Source: Takakia lepidozioides (lineage: Eukaryota > Plantae > Bryophyta). Taken from it: a DNA stretch of 64,000 nucleotides. The stretch is from the NCBI GenBank assembly GCA_030704615.1, contig CM060733.1, positions 18,042,001 to 18,106,000 on the forward strand, read 5' to 3'. Below the pieces are notes generated by a model. It had not been told where the DNA came from, searched no databases, and saw nothing but the letters and a program-made list of their open reading frames with translations. Below, one piece after another: positions 1-13,351 of this stretch (position 1 is its first letter; each line of letters begins with the position of its first letter). The translations under genes were made by a program, and so were the position numbers.

Positions 1-445
1 GGACCCACTTTCTCACGAACGATGGCTCACTCAACCAGAAATCCCAAAGATATATTTCTTCCTTCTGAAAGGGGTTAGCTTGCATTTCTGGCTCAATCTC
101 CATCCTCAGCTGCTCCAAATTTCTCATCCGCTGGAGCATCGTAGTCACGGCCACCTTGAAAGAGACAACGTCGTCCTCTTCGGCATCCTCACAGGATTTG
201 CCCGACGCATCTTGCATACCACAGCAATCGTCGTCCTCGTCCTCATCATCGCCATCATCAGAGTTGATGGGGTTCAATTTCCTCACTAGATGATAATGCC
301 GATTCAAGCAAACAAGCTGAAGTGATTGAACGTGCTGAACCGCTAGCTGCATGGATTTGCTTACCACATTACAGCGCGCAAGATCCCGCCCATCTCGCAC
401 ACGGTTCATCACTTCCGCGAGGACACAGGCCGGAAGCACCTGCAT
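1..445 (-). CDS. F-box/LRR protein (At4g29420-like), partial; runs off the window start
   Basis: Manual minus-strand translation gives MQVLPACVLAEVMNRVRDGRDLARCNVVSKSMQLAVQHVQSLQLVC (F-box), an acidic insert, then VVSFKVAVTTMLQRMRNLEQLRMEIE...DFWLSEPSFVRKWV, open to position 1. The frame is also open upstream to a possible acceptor near 545, so the true start may lie further upstream. Confidence 0.75.
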   Translation of the reverse strand, partial: MQVLPACVLAEVMNRVRDGRDLARCNVVSKSMQLAVQHVQSLQLVCLNRHYHLVRKLNPINSDDGDDEDEDDDCCGMQDASGKSCEDAEEDDVVSFKVAVTTMLQRMRNLEQLRMEIEPEMQANPFQKEEIYLWDFWLSEPSFVRKWV

Positions 446-3400
446 AACAAAATCATCGGTAGGTTCAAGTGTAGAAACGAATTTAATCCCAGTAATAGTT
501 TGCGGCGATCCCTGCGAGAAACTTTGATCGCAGGCATACACTCCTGACAGGTAAAAACTAAGACCATACAATCCTACCAGCAGACTGGACAAAAAAACTG
601 AGAGAGACAGAGAGAGACAGAGAGCTAATCTGTAAGCTGCAGTACCTCGCAAACTGTAGAATATATGCAACACAACACAACATGCGCAGGTGTGCTCGAA
701 GATCTGGCAAATACCAGAGCGCACAAACGGACTGGCATGAAGTAGTTTTTTACTTTCATCGCTGTATTACCACACGGAGCCATCAGATCGGCCACCGCAG
801 GCACCTTCAAAGCCGTCCCCAAATGATCACGGAAATTTCCGTAGCGAGGAAAGCGAGTCTTTCATATATTCCTTAGACGATCACAGTGAAGGGCTCATTG
901 TTCCACGTCCCCAGCATGATGCCGACTTACATTACTGGGTCGAAAAGCTAGAGTGTATGCGAATGACAAAAACCTCAGAACATGACGGAACTTTCAAGAT
1001 CATTCGGACGCGTGGAGTGGGGGACCAAAGGCCCGGTGTTTATACTGAGCATTGTGCAGAGTGATCGATTTACCTCTTCTAACCCGCGTTGAAGCATGGC
1101 GCCGTCCTCGGCGGTTGTCTCCTTCAAGCTCATTGGCTCCTGCGGACAATTACGCGATATCGCATGAGACAATCAATCCTGGAATTCGAAGATATCACAA
1201 AGTGGTCTGTTCAACAGCAGAAGCCGCTCATGCCCATGCGACTCCAGTTGAGATTAGGCAACGTAAATATCAAGAATAGTACGGTTTCACCAACTGTCTC
1301 TACAGCCGAGCTCGAGAGACGAAGAAATGCATAGTTTTAGTCCAGTTTCTTGAGCAAATATGCCCACTGATTGGTGACTTACGGGGACGAGAAGCTAGGC
1401 GGGATAAAAGAGGTCTTGCCACGCCACAGCCACCAGCGGACCGTGGTACGGGACTGCGGAGTTCAACAGGCATGCAGAAACAAACGGAGAAAAGCTCACA
1501 ATTTCTTCTTGACTCAAGAAACCGACAAGAAAGAGAATTACGGGACAGAAGCAGTGGTTTAAAAAACTCACAGGTATCCACTCCTCAGTCTGACGACCCT
1601 TAGCGTCCACTGGAACTGCTGCAGAGACAGCCATGCGATCTGGCTTACCTCATGCAGCGTGCATGACAGCTAGGAGTTCAGGAAGACATCAAAGACGAGA
1701 CTTTTACTGTCCAGCCACATAAATCCGGCGACTTTGGGGAGGACACTAACGGCACAAATTCAGGTCCCTTCCCCTCGCTCATCCAGAGGCACTCTCGGGT
1801 ATTTCGACTCCCCTCCTCGCGAGCGGCGCGAGCTTGCAAATACCATAGCTGCACACCACACCGATGGTTTCAGGTGCCCTTATAGCGCGAGAGAGACGAC
1901 GGGTCACCCTCTGATCCAACGGGCCTTTCCGTCGCCCGGCTCCAGAAGCCGGGCCCACCTCTCTCGAAACATCGGCCTCATCCCATCAGTCCGTTTCTTC
2001 GGCCATCCAATGGTGTATAATCCTCAAGAAACGGTCAAATCTCATCCACTTTAAAACTCATTCATCAGAACCCTGACAGAGTTTACATTGAAAACCGGCT
2101 ACGATTCAATCGAGACCGTCGAGGCCAATTCACTTCGGACGGAACCTGACCGTCGTCGTGTCCGGCGGGAAACCACCAAAAAAGCCTTCTCTGCAAATTT
2201 TCTGAATAGTTTTATTTTTCAATTGTTTAATTAAGCGATGGACAGACGACGAGGAATGGAACTATCTTCCACGGAAATGGACCACACTGACGAATGACGG
2301 ACAACGTGAGGCCAAAACCAAACCAAAATCTCAGTTGATTAGTAATAAGGAACCTGTCTTTCCAAATAAAGCAAAAGGAATTGCTTTAAGCATTCCATCA
2401 ATCAGCGGCTACTGCCCGGCAGACCTAGCGCCTAAAGCGAAGGAAACGCTCCTACCGACAACTTAGTGCCGGTCTTTAAAACCGGCTCCACCCGGTGTCC
2501 CGGTAACTCGGCGGTGGGCCACCCGGACGAAACCACGTTGCACGAATGGCAGTCGTCGCACGTGAACCAATATCCTCACAACCCTACAGTACCCTACTCA
2601 CTATCTACTTTTACTAATTTATGGGCTTCGCACTAATGTATCTGGGGCTCTGCACTAATATAGCTAATATTCATGGCTGCAGCTATTTCACTTGGCTAAT
2701 AATATGTATTCACCTTGAATCCTTTATAAAAAAGTTGTGTAGACTCATACGGCGTCGTATGGAATATTACAAACTCGGTTAGAGATGTATATTTTGGGCA
2801 GAAAAATAGTCAAGTACACATCCTGCAACATAATTAAAGTATATGCTGACATATAACTCGCCATGTTCGCTATGGTTTCGGGGAAGTTCCCCCTAAGTAA
2901 GCCTCACGGCCCGCCCCGGGGTGGTTATTTTTTCCACCCCTGTGTAACTCCTTCTTATTTAATTTGATCAACAGGGCTTCTGTCGCTTTTCTATTAAATT
3001 AATTTTTTATTTTATTTTAAAAAAAACTCGCCACTTTCCATAAAATCCCCGCCCTCAAGTTGTTTGTACCCAACCACTATTATCCGGAGACATAAAGAAT
3101 AAATTGTATGGTGAATGTAAGTATGTCAACAATGAAATGAACTACCTTAGAGAACCTAGGTTGCACAGAGAGCCTCGTCCTCATCGCCACCTAGGGAATT
3201 TTGAAATGCATCACAATTCAGTTGATCGCAGACTCAAATTGCACAATTCGAGTCAATTGCAAAGGTAATTCAATGGAATTGTCCATTGAATTGTTCCCCA
3301 TTCACTTGAACTACAAAACTCAAATCTAATTCGCAATTCAATTGAATTCTAATAAATATCTATTTCATTTGTTACTATATATATCATGTATTGAAATCAA

Positions 3401-4142
3401 TATGTAGCATACGTGTACCAATATGAAATTTACATAATACGGGTTTAAAATACATACAATCTTGCTTGTCTTTTCTCTCTAGTATCTGTGGCAAGGCGTA
3501 AGTGCTCACGAAGCCTGAAGCCTCAGCAAAAGGAAGCATTTGGAGAGGTGCATGCCTCAAAACAAGAGGATCAGATAGGTAGAGGAAGAGCTAAAGTGTA
3601 TTGTACAGATGATGCAGGCTTGGGAGGAATGGATCAACATAAAGACCGAGAGACGAATGTCAGCAGATCAAAAGGCCTCCACACCAGGGCCGTAGTTCAT
3701 GGTTATATTCAAAGACGAATAGGGTAGAGAGCCCAATAGTCGCGCAAATAGTAACTTATTGGAGTTATTTCCTAGGGTAAAATAAGGTGAAATGAAATAT
3801 TATAGTCTTTTCTGAAAGGGGTTCACCTTATTTATGAGCTGCACTAATCAGCACCTTGAATTGGTCTTTTAATAAAAAGTTACTGGACTCTAAACATAGA
3901 GGGGTATATCTATTGAGAGATACATTGAAAGAACTTAAACTACTCATAATTGACAGGTGCAATCACGCAAAATTCAATATAAACAGCGCAAAATAGCCAT
4001 ATTATCGCGCAATCAGATTTGGACGTTGCGCAAGAAGCCCTAATGTTAATGTTACGACTGGCTTTTGGTGCAATAATTCTATGGAGGTATGTGTTACATT
4101 GAAAATTGAAGTGGTACATAAAGTTTCTGACTGCACATATCA

Positions 4143-4186
4143 CATCTTCATCAAACTACTTTAACATCTTCATCAAACTACTTTAA
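4143..4186. repeat. Perfect 22-bp tandem duplication ending in the piggyBac TTAA target site
   Basis: CATCTTCATCAAACTACTTTAA at 4143-4164 and 4165-4186. Confidence 0.9.
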
Positions 4187-7100
4187 CCCCTAACGGACGA
4201 GGCTGTTTTTGGTGGGCCCGCTCCAAAACAGCACATACCCTCACGGATGAGGGTATATCTCCCAGCTAAGAAACATCCACAGGGATGAACCGTATGAAAA
4301 GGACGCTACCTACCTCATGCACCTGCTGTAAGACTTTCAGCCCATTTCACCGTGTTATTAGGAAGATTATAACAAAATGGTAAGCTCTAAATCTGTAGTG
4401 CATTCCAATTTTAGAGGGAAAAATTGGTTTGACCAGGCAGTTGGACCAAAAAAATATTTTTTCCTTGCAAGACCCCAACCACATTCCAATTCTCAAGCAC
4501 CTTAAGCAACTTGCCCCAAATTTGCAAAGCAGAATTCCAAAATCTGCATAGGGTTCCTTTGTATGGGAAAACAAGGGGGTCAAAAAGCACTATTTGCTTC
4601 AATTGACCTGTAATTCAGCCATAGGGGTCGAAATTTTCATTGGAACCAGATTCCAACGGTGGAATTGTTCCTCCTATGATTTCCTACTACCTCCAAAACG
4701 AATTTCTGAATTCTAACCAAAATGCAGGCAGAGATTTCTAAGTAGGTGTATTTCTACTTGAATCCCAGCTCAGGCCATGTATTGCCTGAGCCGGTAGACA
4801 ATTCCGGCTACAGAAAGGGGGCTACGTCACCGATTGACACAGAAAACTCGGGGGACCCCAAAATCGACACCCAAAAAAAGGCCCGGGAATGCCCGACGTT
4901 TCGGCGTTCCACCCGACAAGCAACTGAAAAACTAACAACTACCAACCGTCACGAATGTGGCCCATCTGTGTTCAAGCTCCCCGTGAGCTCCTGCTTTTCA
5001 TTTGAATGTAGCGAACCCAAACCACACACCACCCCGAAGACATGATCCACGAACTGGGGGGGAGTTGAACCCCCCGATCTGCCCAGTGTGCAGACAGTTC
5101 TCCCCCCCCCCAAGCAGCAAGCAGCACCCCCAAAACCGCAACTAGCAAGCATGACTGCCCCCCCTAAAAAAAAAAATGAAACCACCCAAACACAACGCAC
5201 ACACGCCAACACTGAAGGACCCCATCACCTCCACAGCCCCTCAACCAGCAGCAGCAGATCCCCATCACCCCCACAGCCTGTGAACCATCACCAGCCCTTC
5301 CCCCATCACCAAAACAGCCCACAATGAGCAAGCAGCAGACCCCCATGACCCCCCACTCCCAAAACTGCCCATTAACCAGCAGCAGCATGACCCCCACACC
5401 CCTCCACTGCCATTGAACCGTCACCACCAGCCCCCCATGACCCCCACTGCCCATCAACCAGCATGGACACACACAACCCCCCAACCTGAGAAGAACCCAT
5501 ACCCACCACAGATCAGAGATACCCACACCCCACGCCCCACGCACACACGCCATCCACAGCCTCCAGCATACCTGAATGCAGTCCCACACCCTAGTGAACC
5601 CCCACCCACACAAACATATGCACACACAAAGAAAGAAGACAGTGCAACAAGCCAGAATTCAGTCACCTCAAGGCATGTCGGTGTGCCTCATTCCAACACC
5701 GCCCAAGGCACAAGTGGTTGTCATCGCAGCCAGGGCAGTAATAGTGAGTACGAACATGGCACATGACACACACTCGCCGCTGTGTGGTGTGAAGGCACTG
5801 ATGCACAAACGTGCATTCTAAATCCCTCGTGGTGTCAATGTTGTCAGTGCAGCAACCCCCTGTCAAACCATATGCCACAGCTAGATTGAATTGTAGATGG
5901 GTCATGGCCCGACGCCCCCTCCTTCTCTCCATTGCAGAACGCAAGATATACGCATTCACTAGCGTGATATCCATAAGAAAAAAAAAACAGACGATGCCAC
6001 CACTTCTTTGTGCGCAGCTGCAAGCTGTACGCACCCCTAAGCTGGTCCTGCACATCCACCCCTCGCATGTACGTTTGGTATTGCACATGTGCAGGTACGG
6101 ATGGCACAGGCACTCTCTGGTTTCCCACAAAATGGCGTACAGTCACAGGAGAGGAAGGGCTGCAAGCTAGCCTAGCTGCAGATGACAGTAAGAATACACC
6201 CTTCTTGTCCCACCACAACACAGCAACCACCTCCCTGGACTCATGCATCCAGTACCATGACTGCCCTTGCTTGGCAGTCTTGGATTTTTTCATTTTCAGC
6301 AAAGAGGGAGGGAGACCTTTTCTGTTCACTCTTACCGTGCCAGTGGCCCAAGTGCCAAGTTTGGCCATGTCATATAGAAGTTGGACCCCTGTAAAGTAAT
6401 TATCAGTCACAATGACATGCCCCAAACCATGCAGCCCGTCGGCCAGCCGGTGACCACATCATAACCTTCTCCCTTCCCACTTTTCTGCCTCTCGCCATCT
6501 GGCCCTCCTGCATTCTTACCAACATACACTGAAAAGTCGTAGACATATGAAGTCTCCGAGTCAGCCAAGGCCCACACCTTGATGCCCTATTTGCATGGTT
6601 TCTTAGGCATATACATCCTAATTGGGAAGTACTTCCCCTTGTAACGGATCATCACCTCATCGACAGTCACCATTTTGTTCAGATTCCAGAGACTTTTACA
6701 CCTATCCACAATCTCCTCACACACCCACCTAAGCTTTCCGAGCTTATCATAATTCCGACTCTTACGATCTGCCACCAACGTGGCGTTGTCAACAAGATGC
6801 AAACAACGGAGTATGGCCTCATACCTATCTCGAGTCATCACTTTGCGGATGACAGGACAAGCGAAGAATGTCTCCGAGTGTTGCCAGTAAAATCGTGTTC
6901 GGGGCAACTTTTTCATGCCCATGAAGACACAGACTCCAATCCAAGCCCTGAGCTCAGGAACAGTGAGCTCTTTCCATCGAGGGCCCCCCACAAGTGCCCG
7001 TACCGAAAGGTTCAGCAGCATAACGATTGGACTCCCTATATATTCGCCCAAGCACTTGTCGCCTCCAAAACAAACCAAAAAACCAAATCGGATGTGAGCC

Positions 7101-8897
7101 CTTCATCTCAGGCAGGCAGGGACCAGGTTGAGGGCCAAAAAATGCAGCTCTATCACTCACAAAGTCAGAGCCTGCGTTGGTTTCCCACGTCTTCGCCTTG
7201 AACATCTCCACAAAATCGGCCGAGATTTCCTCATCACACTCCATATCAACCACCTCGTTTTCCCAGTCTGCTTCGTCAGCAAAGTCGCCCATGTACCCAT
7301 CGTCACCCTCAAAATCCTCGTCCATGTCGGAGGAGGCCTCATCGTGGCCCAAAACAGGATTAGAAGACCCCTCACCAAAAGGAACCAGTGCACCAGTGTT
7401 GGGATGCATGTCCCCCAAAGCAGCCCGACCGACGGCAAGCATGCTCCCAGCACCCATAGGCCCGCCAACACATCCCACAACACCCGAATTCACCACTTCC
7501 TAATTTTTTTTCCTCACCACACCTTTGGGAGGTGTTGTCACACTTGCAGGAACCGACCTCTTTGCACGAGCCAACTCCTTCAGACGCCTGACTATCGGCA
7601 TCGGGCCAGACATCATCTCTCAAAACAGAATTCACAGCATCACTGAACCCCTCCTTATCACCTTCCTTTATTCTCTCTCTCCAACCAAGAACTAGAGCCA
7701 CCTGACGTCTAAACAGAAAGCGAAAATTGTGAGGACGAGGGTGGCAAGGCCAACGATTGGCGAACGGCGGTGGAGGCAAACTACAGAGGAAAGCATGAGA
7801 CAGACACCCCAATATTATCTTGCACTGCTCGGGAGTGCAGTGCTGCTCCTCAAGCGCCCACTCCCTTATAACCTCCGCGACAGCTGCAAGCTCGGGTGGG
7901 GGCGACGGTGGCTCAGGCACAAGAGCGTCCTTCCTCTTTGGTGCCATACGAATCCGTGAGACCGACAGAGATCACAGGAAATGAATGCAAGCCCTCACGA
8001 TGAATCAATGCAGATGGCTCATCTTCCCCAAGCACAGGAAGGAAGGATGTACCTCGGCGAATTTCGCAAACTCTCCAAAACCAGCTGCAAAATGAAACCC
8101 CAACACACCACGCTCCCCTGCAACCATCCCCTACCACACAAAACACAGAGCCCAAATGCATAAAAGCATTTCACAAAACGACATGCAAGAAAAAATGACA
8201 ACTTGCATTACAATGAAAATTCAGCAGGGCACAAGAATCTAAACGCCAAACACTCAGCCCTAATAGCTGCGTAAATGCAATCACACCCCGAGCTCTAATG
8301 TCTAGAACACACAACATGAAACGGAACAGCTCCCGCCGCTTCGAGCCTGGGAGAGGTAAGTCGCTATGACCCGAAAATGAAGCCCAGAAATACACCCCTA
8401 CGAAGCGAATGCGGGCGATCCACGGAAGATCAAGCAGAACATGCACACAAAAACGCCAAGGAAATGCGAGAGGGGCCACGATTTGCAAGCTCCAGGAACC
8501 TAGACTCTATGCGCGCGAAGAGAGAGTTCGTTCCACGCTGCCGCCACCCATCACTGGCCACAGGGTGGCATTTCATGTCCGCACGGGCGGACATGCCAAC
8601 CCTGTATGCACCCGATCGCCGGCATTGGGCCACCGATGCCCATTTTGCCTGCCACGTGGCTAGATCAAAGCCCGTGGAGGGCCAGAAACCATTGGATTTT
8701 GGGTGCTCATCATCACTTCAAAAAATCCCGACGGCGCAGGATTTGTCCAATTAGGGTGCAATAAATTCTGTCCGACGCAGAATCTCAAGGGCTACAACTT
8801 TTATTCAGGGCCCATTTTCATCCAGATTCATCCAAGGGGCCCACTGATGGTCGAAATATCCAATCGACCCGAATCAGGTCGACTCGTCCATTAGGGG
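4187..8897 (-). mobile_element. piggyBac-superfamily DNA transposon, full length (4711 bp)
   Basis: TTAA at 4183-4186 and 8898-8901. TIRs CCCCTAACGGACGAG and CTCGTCCATTAGGGG match at 14/15 positions. Internal DDD transposase on the minus strand. Confidence 0.93.
5663..7947 (-). pseudogene. piggyBac transposase (DDE_Tnp_1_7 plus C-terminal Cys-rich domain), disrupted
   Basis: Motifs across ORFs: ELRAWIGVCVFMG..YW, MTRDRYEAILRCLH, DKLGKLR, VTVDEVMIRYKG..YMPKKPCK*GIKVW, VTDNYFT, WATGTVRVNRKGLP, WWDKKGVFLLSS, YMRGVDVQDQ..KKWW, DITLVNAYIL, CVMC..YYCPGC..LCLGRCWNEAH. One in-frame TAG (6587) and frameshifts near 7505, 7080, 6450 and 5980. Confidence 0.9.
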
Positions 8898-10143
8898 TTA
8901 ATGCTCAAAAATCTCGATTGCATTGTGCAAACTAACAACGTTCTGTCAACTGCAGCAACAACATATTTATGGTGGAACAAATGATTGCGCAGGGTGGATT
9001 GAGCCGTTATCTTCCTAGCTATCCCGTACAGCCGTCTTTGCACCATAGCCACACCGAACCTAGGCTATCATAACTAGAACACCCGAGCCGTCAGATTCAA
9101 AGCAATGCCCCCTATCTCCACCAAATTCCTCTACCCGAGGGATATTCTCTTATCCTCTAAGAGTTTGGGCGCTGAAGCGGGGAAGTAGCCAGTAAAGCAT
9201 GCCAAGCTAGATGGGAACGATCTCTTGCTAGAGGAGTCTCACAGGTGGGCCAATCAAATCACATGCAGGGGCATCAAGTGCAACACATCCAAACACCATC
9301 ACACAAAACATCCTGCATTTGGCATAAGCCAACCACTTTTTATATTAAGGAATGGGCTAATCTGGAATGCAAAGTGGTGGCCTCTTATTGGCTGCCAGGA
9401 TTTCTTTTTCTCCCACATATCAGCAGCCACCCTTTCAGATTAGGTTAATGTTGGAATGAGACAAGGGCCTTGGCTAACATGAGGCACATTTAATTAGCTA
9501 TACCAACCGCCCTGCTTTTCATCCAACCTACGAACAAAAGAGCATCTGCAACAGGTGGAATACCCCATCTTACAGGGTTCTCAGTTACTTTGCCCATGTA
9601 AGAAAAATATGCCATTATTTTAAGGTGTATTTCTTATTCGTGCTGTTCTGGGTGAGGTTACCTTAGTGCATCCGCCCCAATAATATGATAACATGATCGG
9701 TGTTGAGTGTGCATTCCTGTGAGCGTACTTCAAGGAAAACAAACGTCCTATAGGTCCTCATCCATTTCATCACGAGATTTAATTTATACGCTGAATGCCA
9801 TCCACCCATGGTTACTTTTTCTCCAATAAAATGTCTAAACCTATCTTTATCCGCAAGTCTGGCTTATGTTATGAGAATGTTTTATCGAATATTCAACTGT
9901 GTGACACAGTTGTAAGCTGGACGACCAATTGGGCTCATAAATATTTGAGCTCCCCTAAGGAAACATTCCATTCTGACCCTCTCTATGCCAATGTGGTCAG
10001 AAAATTATGGGAAATTCCGGGCAGGTGCTTCATAACGTCAGGAATACATTGAACATCAAAAGGTCTAAATATACATTTAGAAAAATTCCCAGGGAATATT
10101 CCACCCCATGTGCCTTTTTTGGGCCGTGATATTCAAGTGCCTG

Positions 10144-10387
10144 AAAAAAAAAAGGGGGTGCTCATTGGTTGGTAGCTCAGCTGGTAAGTGCAGTGTGTGT
10201 CGCCCTGGTGGTTCGGGGCTCAAACCCGATGCCCTTCCAGTGTGTGGGATTGTTTGCGACGGTATGTCTGGGCATTAACCGTCCTGTAGGCCTCATCGCC
10301 CATAAATGAGAGGGTGTTAATTTTCCCCCCTCCTCAACGGCCTGAATTGTGGGCTGTCGCTCCCAGGTTTCCTTTTTTTTTTTTTTA
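10144..10387 (+). mobile_element. tRNA-derived SINE-like insertion
   Basis: A-box-like TAGCTCAGCTGG, B-box-like GGCTCAAACCC, poly-T tail, and a 9-bp direct repeat AAGTGCCTG at 10135-10143 and 10388-10396. Confidence 0.7.
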
Positions 10388-11300
10388 AAGTGCCTGGATC
10401 TCCTCCCTCCCCAGTCTAAACTTGCAAGGGGGGACTGTGGTGTGACTTTCCTCAAAAACATTTGAGGGTAGCTGGGTAGGTGGGCCATCACAATGGTCAG
10501 TTTTACAGGGGTTGAAAATTCCCAAAGATAGAACAGAAAAAACGGATGCAGTGTAGGAACCAGGCAGGGAAAATGGCTTCACAAATGCAGGGGAAAAAAC
10601 ATCCGGTAATAACAACAATGGACTCTTCCCTATTTGGCTCAGCCCCCACTTGTGCCACCGAAAACATGAAAGATCAGTGTGGTGGATTTGTGGAGCTCTA
10701 AAACCTTTCAACTATTCAAACCCCCCCTTTTATTATGTGTCCTTCCCACCCGCCCATCCCTCCACTTCGTCATGCCATCTTTCCTTCCCACCGGCCGGAC
10801 TTTTGCTAAATGAAACTTGGGCTACATATTCAGGCAGTTGGATGGGATGATTGTTCAGTTTGATTTGCCTCACTTTTTCATTCAGTTGAATTCACATATC
10901 TTCCCCTTTTGGAACTTTTCATCCTTTGTATAGTCACCTCGTGTAGGTTTGTTTGTACACAGGTTTCAACGTTTCAACATCTTAGTGGACTTAGTGGACC
11001 AGCAATGAACGGACTTTTTCCACCATAAACTTGAAAGGCATCCGTCACACGTGACATCCCCCCTTCGGAAGTTGAAGGGACGCTGGCCCGTTCATACGTG
11101 CGATGACATCACTCCCCTTGTCCCCCTTCCTCCCATGATAATGAATGCTTACATTACAGGCGCCTTTATTGTGGCAGGACGCCGGATACCGGCAGTGTGG
11201 GCTGCTCCGGCGAGCATCTATTCGCAGTACTATTTTATATTGTTAGTTACATGACTATTATAAAAGGTTTGATCATAATTATGCAAGCAAGACCAGTATA

Positions 11301-12199
11301 CCATCCTTTATCAACCGTTTAGGCGACAATAAATTCAAATTGAAAGTGCCTAACGCGTTTTGGGATTTTTCAAATTTTGGCCTAATTGCACGGAAATTAT
11401 GGGACCAAAGAGCCTAATGCCTAAAAATTCCAGCAAAAAACTTTCAAGCCTCTTCTCATGTTGTTTGTAATAAGATGAAAATTTCATTGACCAAAAATCA
11501 ATACAAATATATGCGTGCGAAAATAACTTCCTACAAATCCCAATCTATTTGCGAGAGCTCCATGTACGTTCGAAAGGCCCCTCCATAGACTCGACAATGT
11601 CACCATATTCATCCTCCTCGCTAATCATCATGATCTCTCCATCTACCTTGTCCCACATTGAGATGAGGGATATCCTCATTTTCAATATGCAGATTTGCAA
11701 GACATCTACACATAGTTTCCTCTACACTAAGGGTCAAGGTAGATATCAGGGATATCGTGAGAGCTTGTAGCTTACCACTATTTCAAGAGCACTGTACAAG
11801 CACGTACCATTATTGAAATCAAGGAAATCAAGTAAGTTCTTGCTACCACTAGTGACTTAGTGAGCACTCTACCAGCTTGAGCTTTGGAGCACCGCGTACA
11901 ACAAAGAGGTGCATTTTTAGGGTTTGCCTGGAAATGAAGGGTAGCTGGAGCCTGCACAGTGCAAGCTTGAAGGAGATTTGAGCTGGGCCTATTGGCATGG
12001 GACAAGGGGCCATGGATGGGCATTGGGTTTCTATTTTGTTATTTTATTCTTAAGAAAATAAATGTTTTCTCTTCTCATGTGCCTAATTCAAAAAACTTAT
12101 ATCATGAAGATGCCTAATGTGAGAAATGGTTTGAGAAGTGTGCCTAAGCAGTTAATAATTATTAGGTACAAAAATGCGTAAACGGTTGATAAGGGACAG
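11301..12199. mobile_element. Tc1/mariner-pogo-like non-autonomous element
   Basis: 24-bp TIRs (CCATCCTTTATCAACCGTTTAGGC versus the reverse complement of GCGTAAACGGTTGATAAGGGACAG, 20/24). TA on both sides. Confidence 0.7.
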
Positions 12200-13351
12200 T
12201 ACCTCCTTTCACTGGCAAGTTATCAATTCCACCACCTAATGCACTCACGCATATTGCACTTGAATGGGAGCTGGGATTATCCTATCCACATCAAGTGGAC
12301 CTAGTTGGAGGGGGTGAACATCACCAAGACATGCACGTGGCATACATCCCATTGGATAGGGGGCATAAGATTTTCTTGTTGGTGATGAAAACCACCAACA
12401 AATCATCAAGTAGATGTGGTTACATATTTTTGTGATGAAAACCACTACCCCTAACGGGGGTTGATTATATCCTACACACTCCATACCTACCTTGGTGAAG
12501 TAAGGATTAGCTTGCCACAAACTACAAGACAGCCTAGACAAACCTTTGATGCTATTTTGGACAAAGGCGTTTCCAATGACCAACAAATTTTCTGAGCAAT
12601 ATTACCTACTCCTATGTCAAGTACTCTTTAAGAGGGGAATCAACCAGGACTACAATAGGTGGTCAGACAGGGAGTAAGGTTCCATGTTATAATCTATCAA
12701 CCCCTACTTACCACAATTTCATGGACGTGAAAGACATTTGAGTTCTCGAATATTTAAATAAAACATGACATGATAGTAGGTCACATGACAAGCATATATA
12801 ATACTATTCAAATAAGCTTAAATAGTAAGCTCTAAAATCTGAATGCTAATAGAGATATGACTTACCAAAATTATTTATTTAATGTATGTATTATTGTTCA
12901 TATGTACAATATGAGATATGATATATATTAGCAATGAGATATGTATGATGATATATCTTTGCTACCTACTAACGAGAAACATCCATCTATTCATATAATC
13001 TTCAATAAGTCCTACATTTTTTATTTTTTATTTTGATAAACAGGGGATGGACTCGGCCCTGAGAAATTTTATTGAAAAAAAGAGGGTACAAAAGTGAAAA
13101 ACATATCCACTTGGAGCCCACATCACTGATGCTAGCGGCTGCTAGCCATGATACCAGCGGCAAGGAGGTTTGAGCTGGAAAAAATAACCAGCATTAGGAA
13201 ACCATGAGGATATATCATGAAGATGGGGTGACACCCAGGACAAGCCCCTAGGGCTACAATCAGGTAACTGATAGAGATTTGACTTACATATTATTTTATT
13301 TATCCATAAAATAATATGAGATAAAAATAAATACACTATCATTCATATGTA

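Noticed and set aside
4949-5766. Pro/His/Thr-rich and Gly/Val/Cys-rich ORFs
   Set aside because: These arise from a C/A-skewed low-complexity stretch within the piggyBac 3' region and show no domain.
10166-10240. Functional tRNA gene
   Set aside because: The B box is degenerate, no convincing cloverleaf forms, and it lies within a TSD-flanked element with a poly-T tail.
12245-12600. Possible hAT transposase relic on the minus strand
   Set aside because: Only faint motif resemblance with many stops; not supportable without a search.
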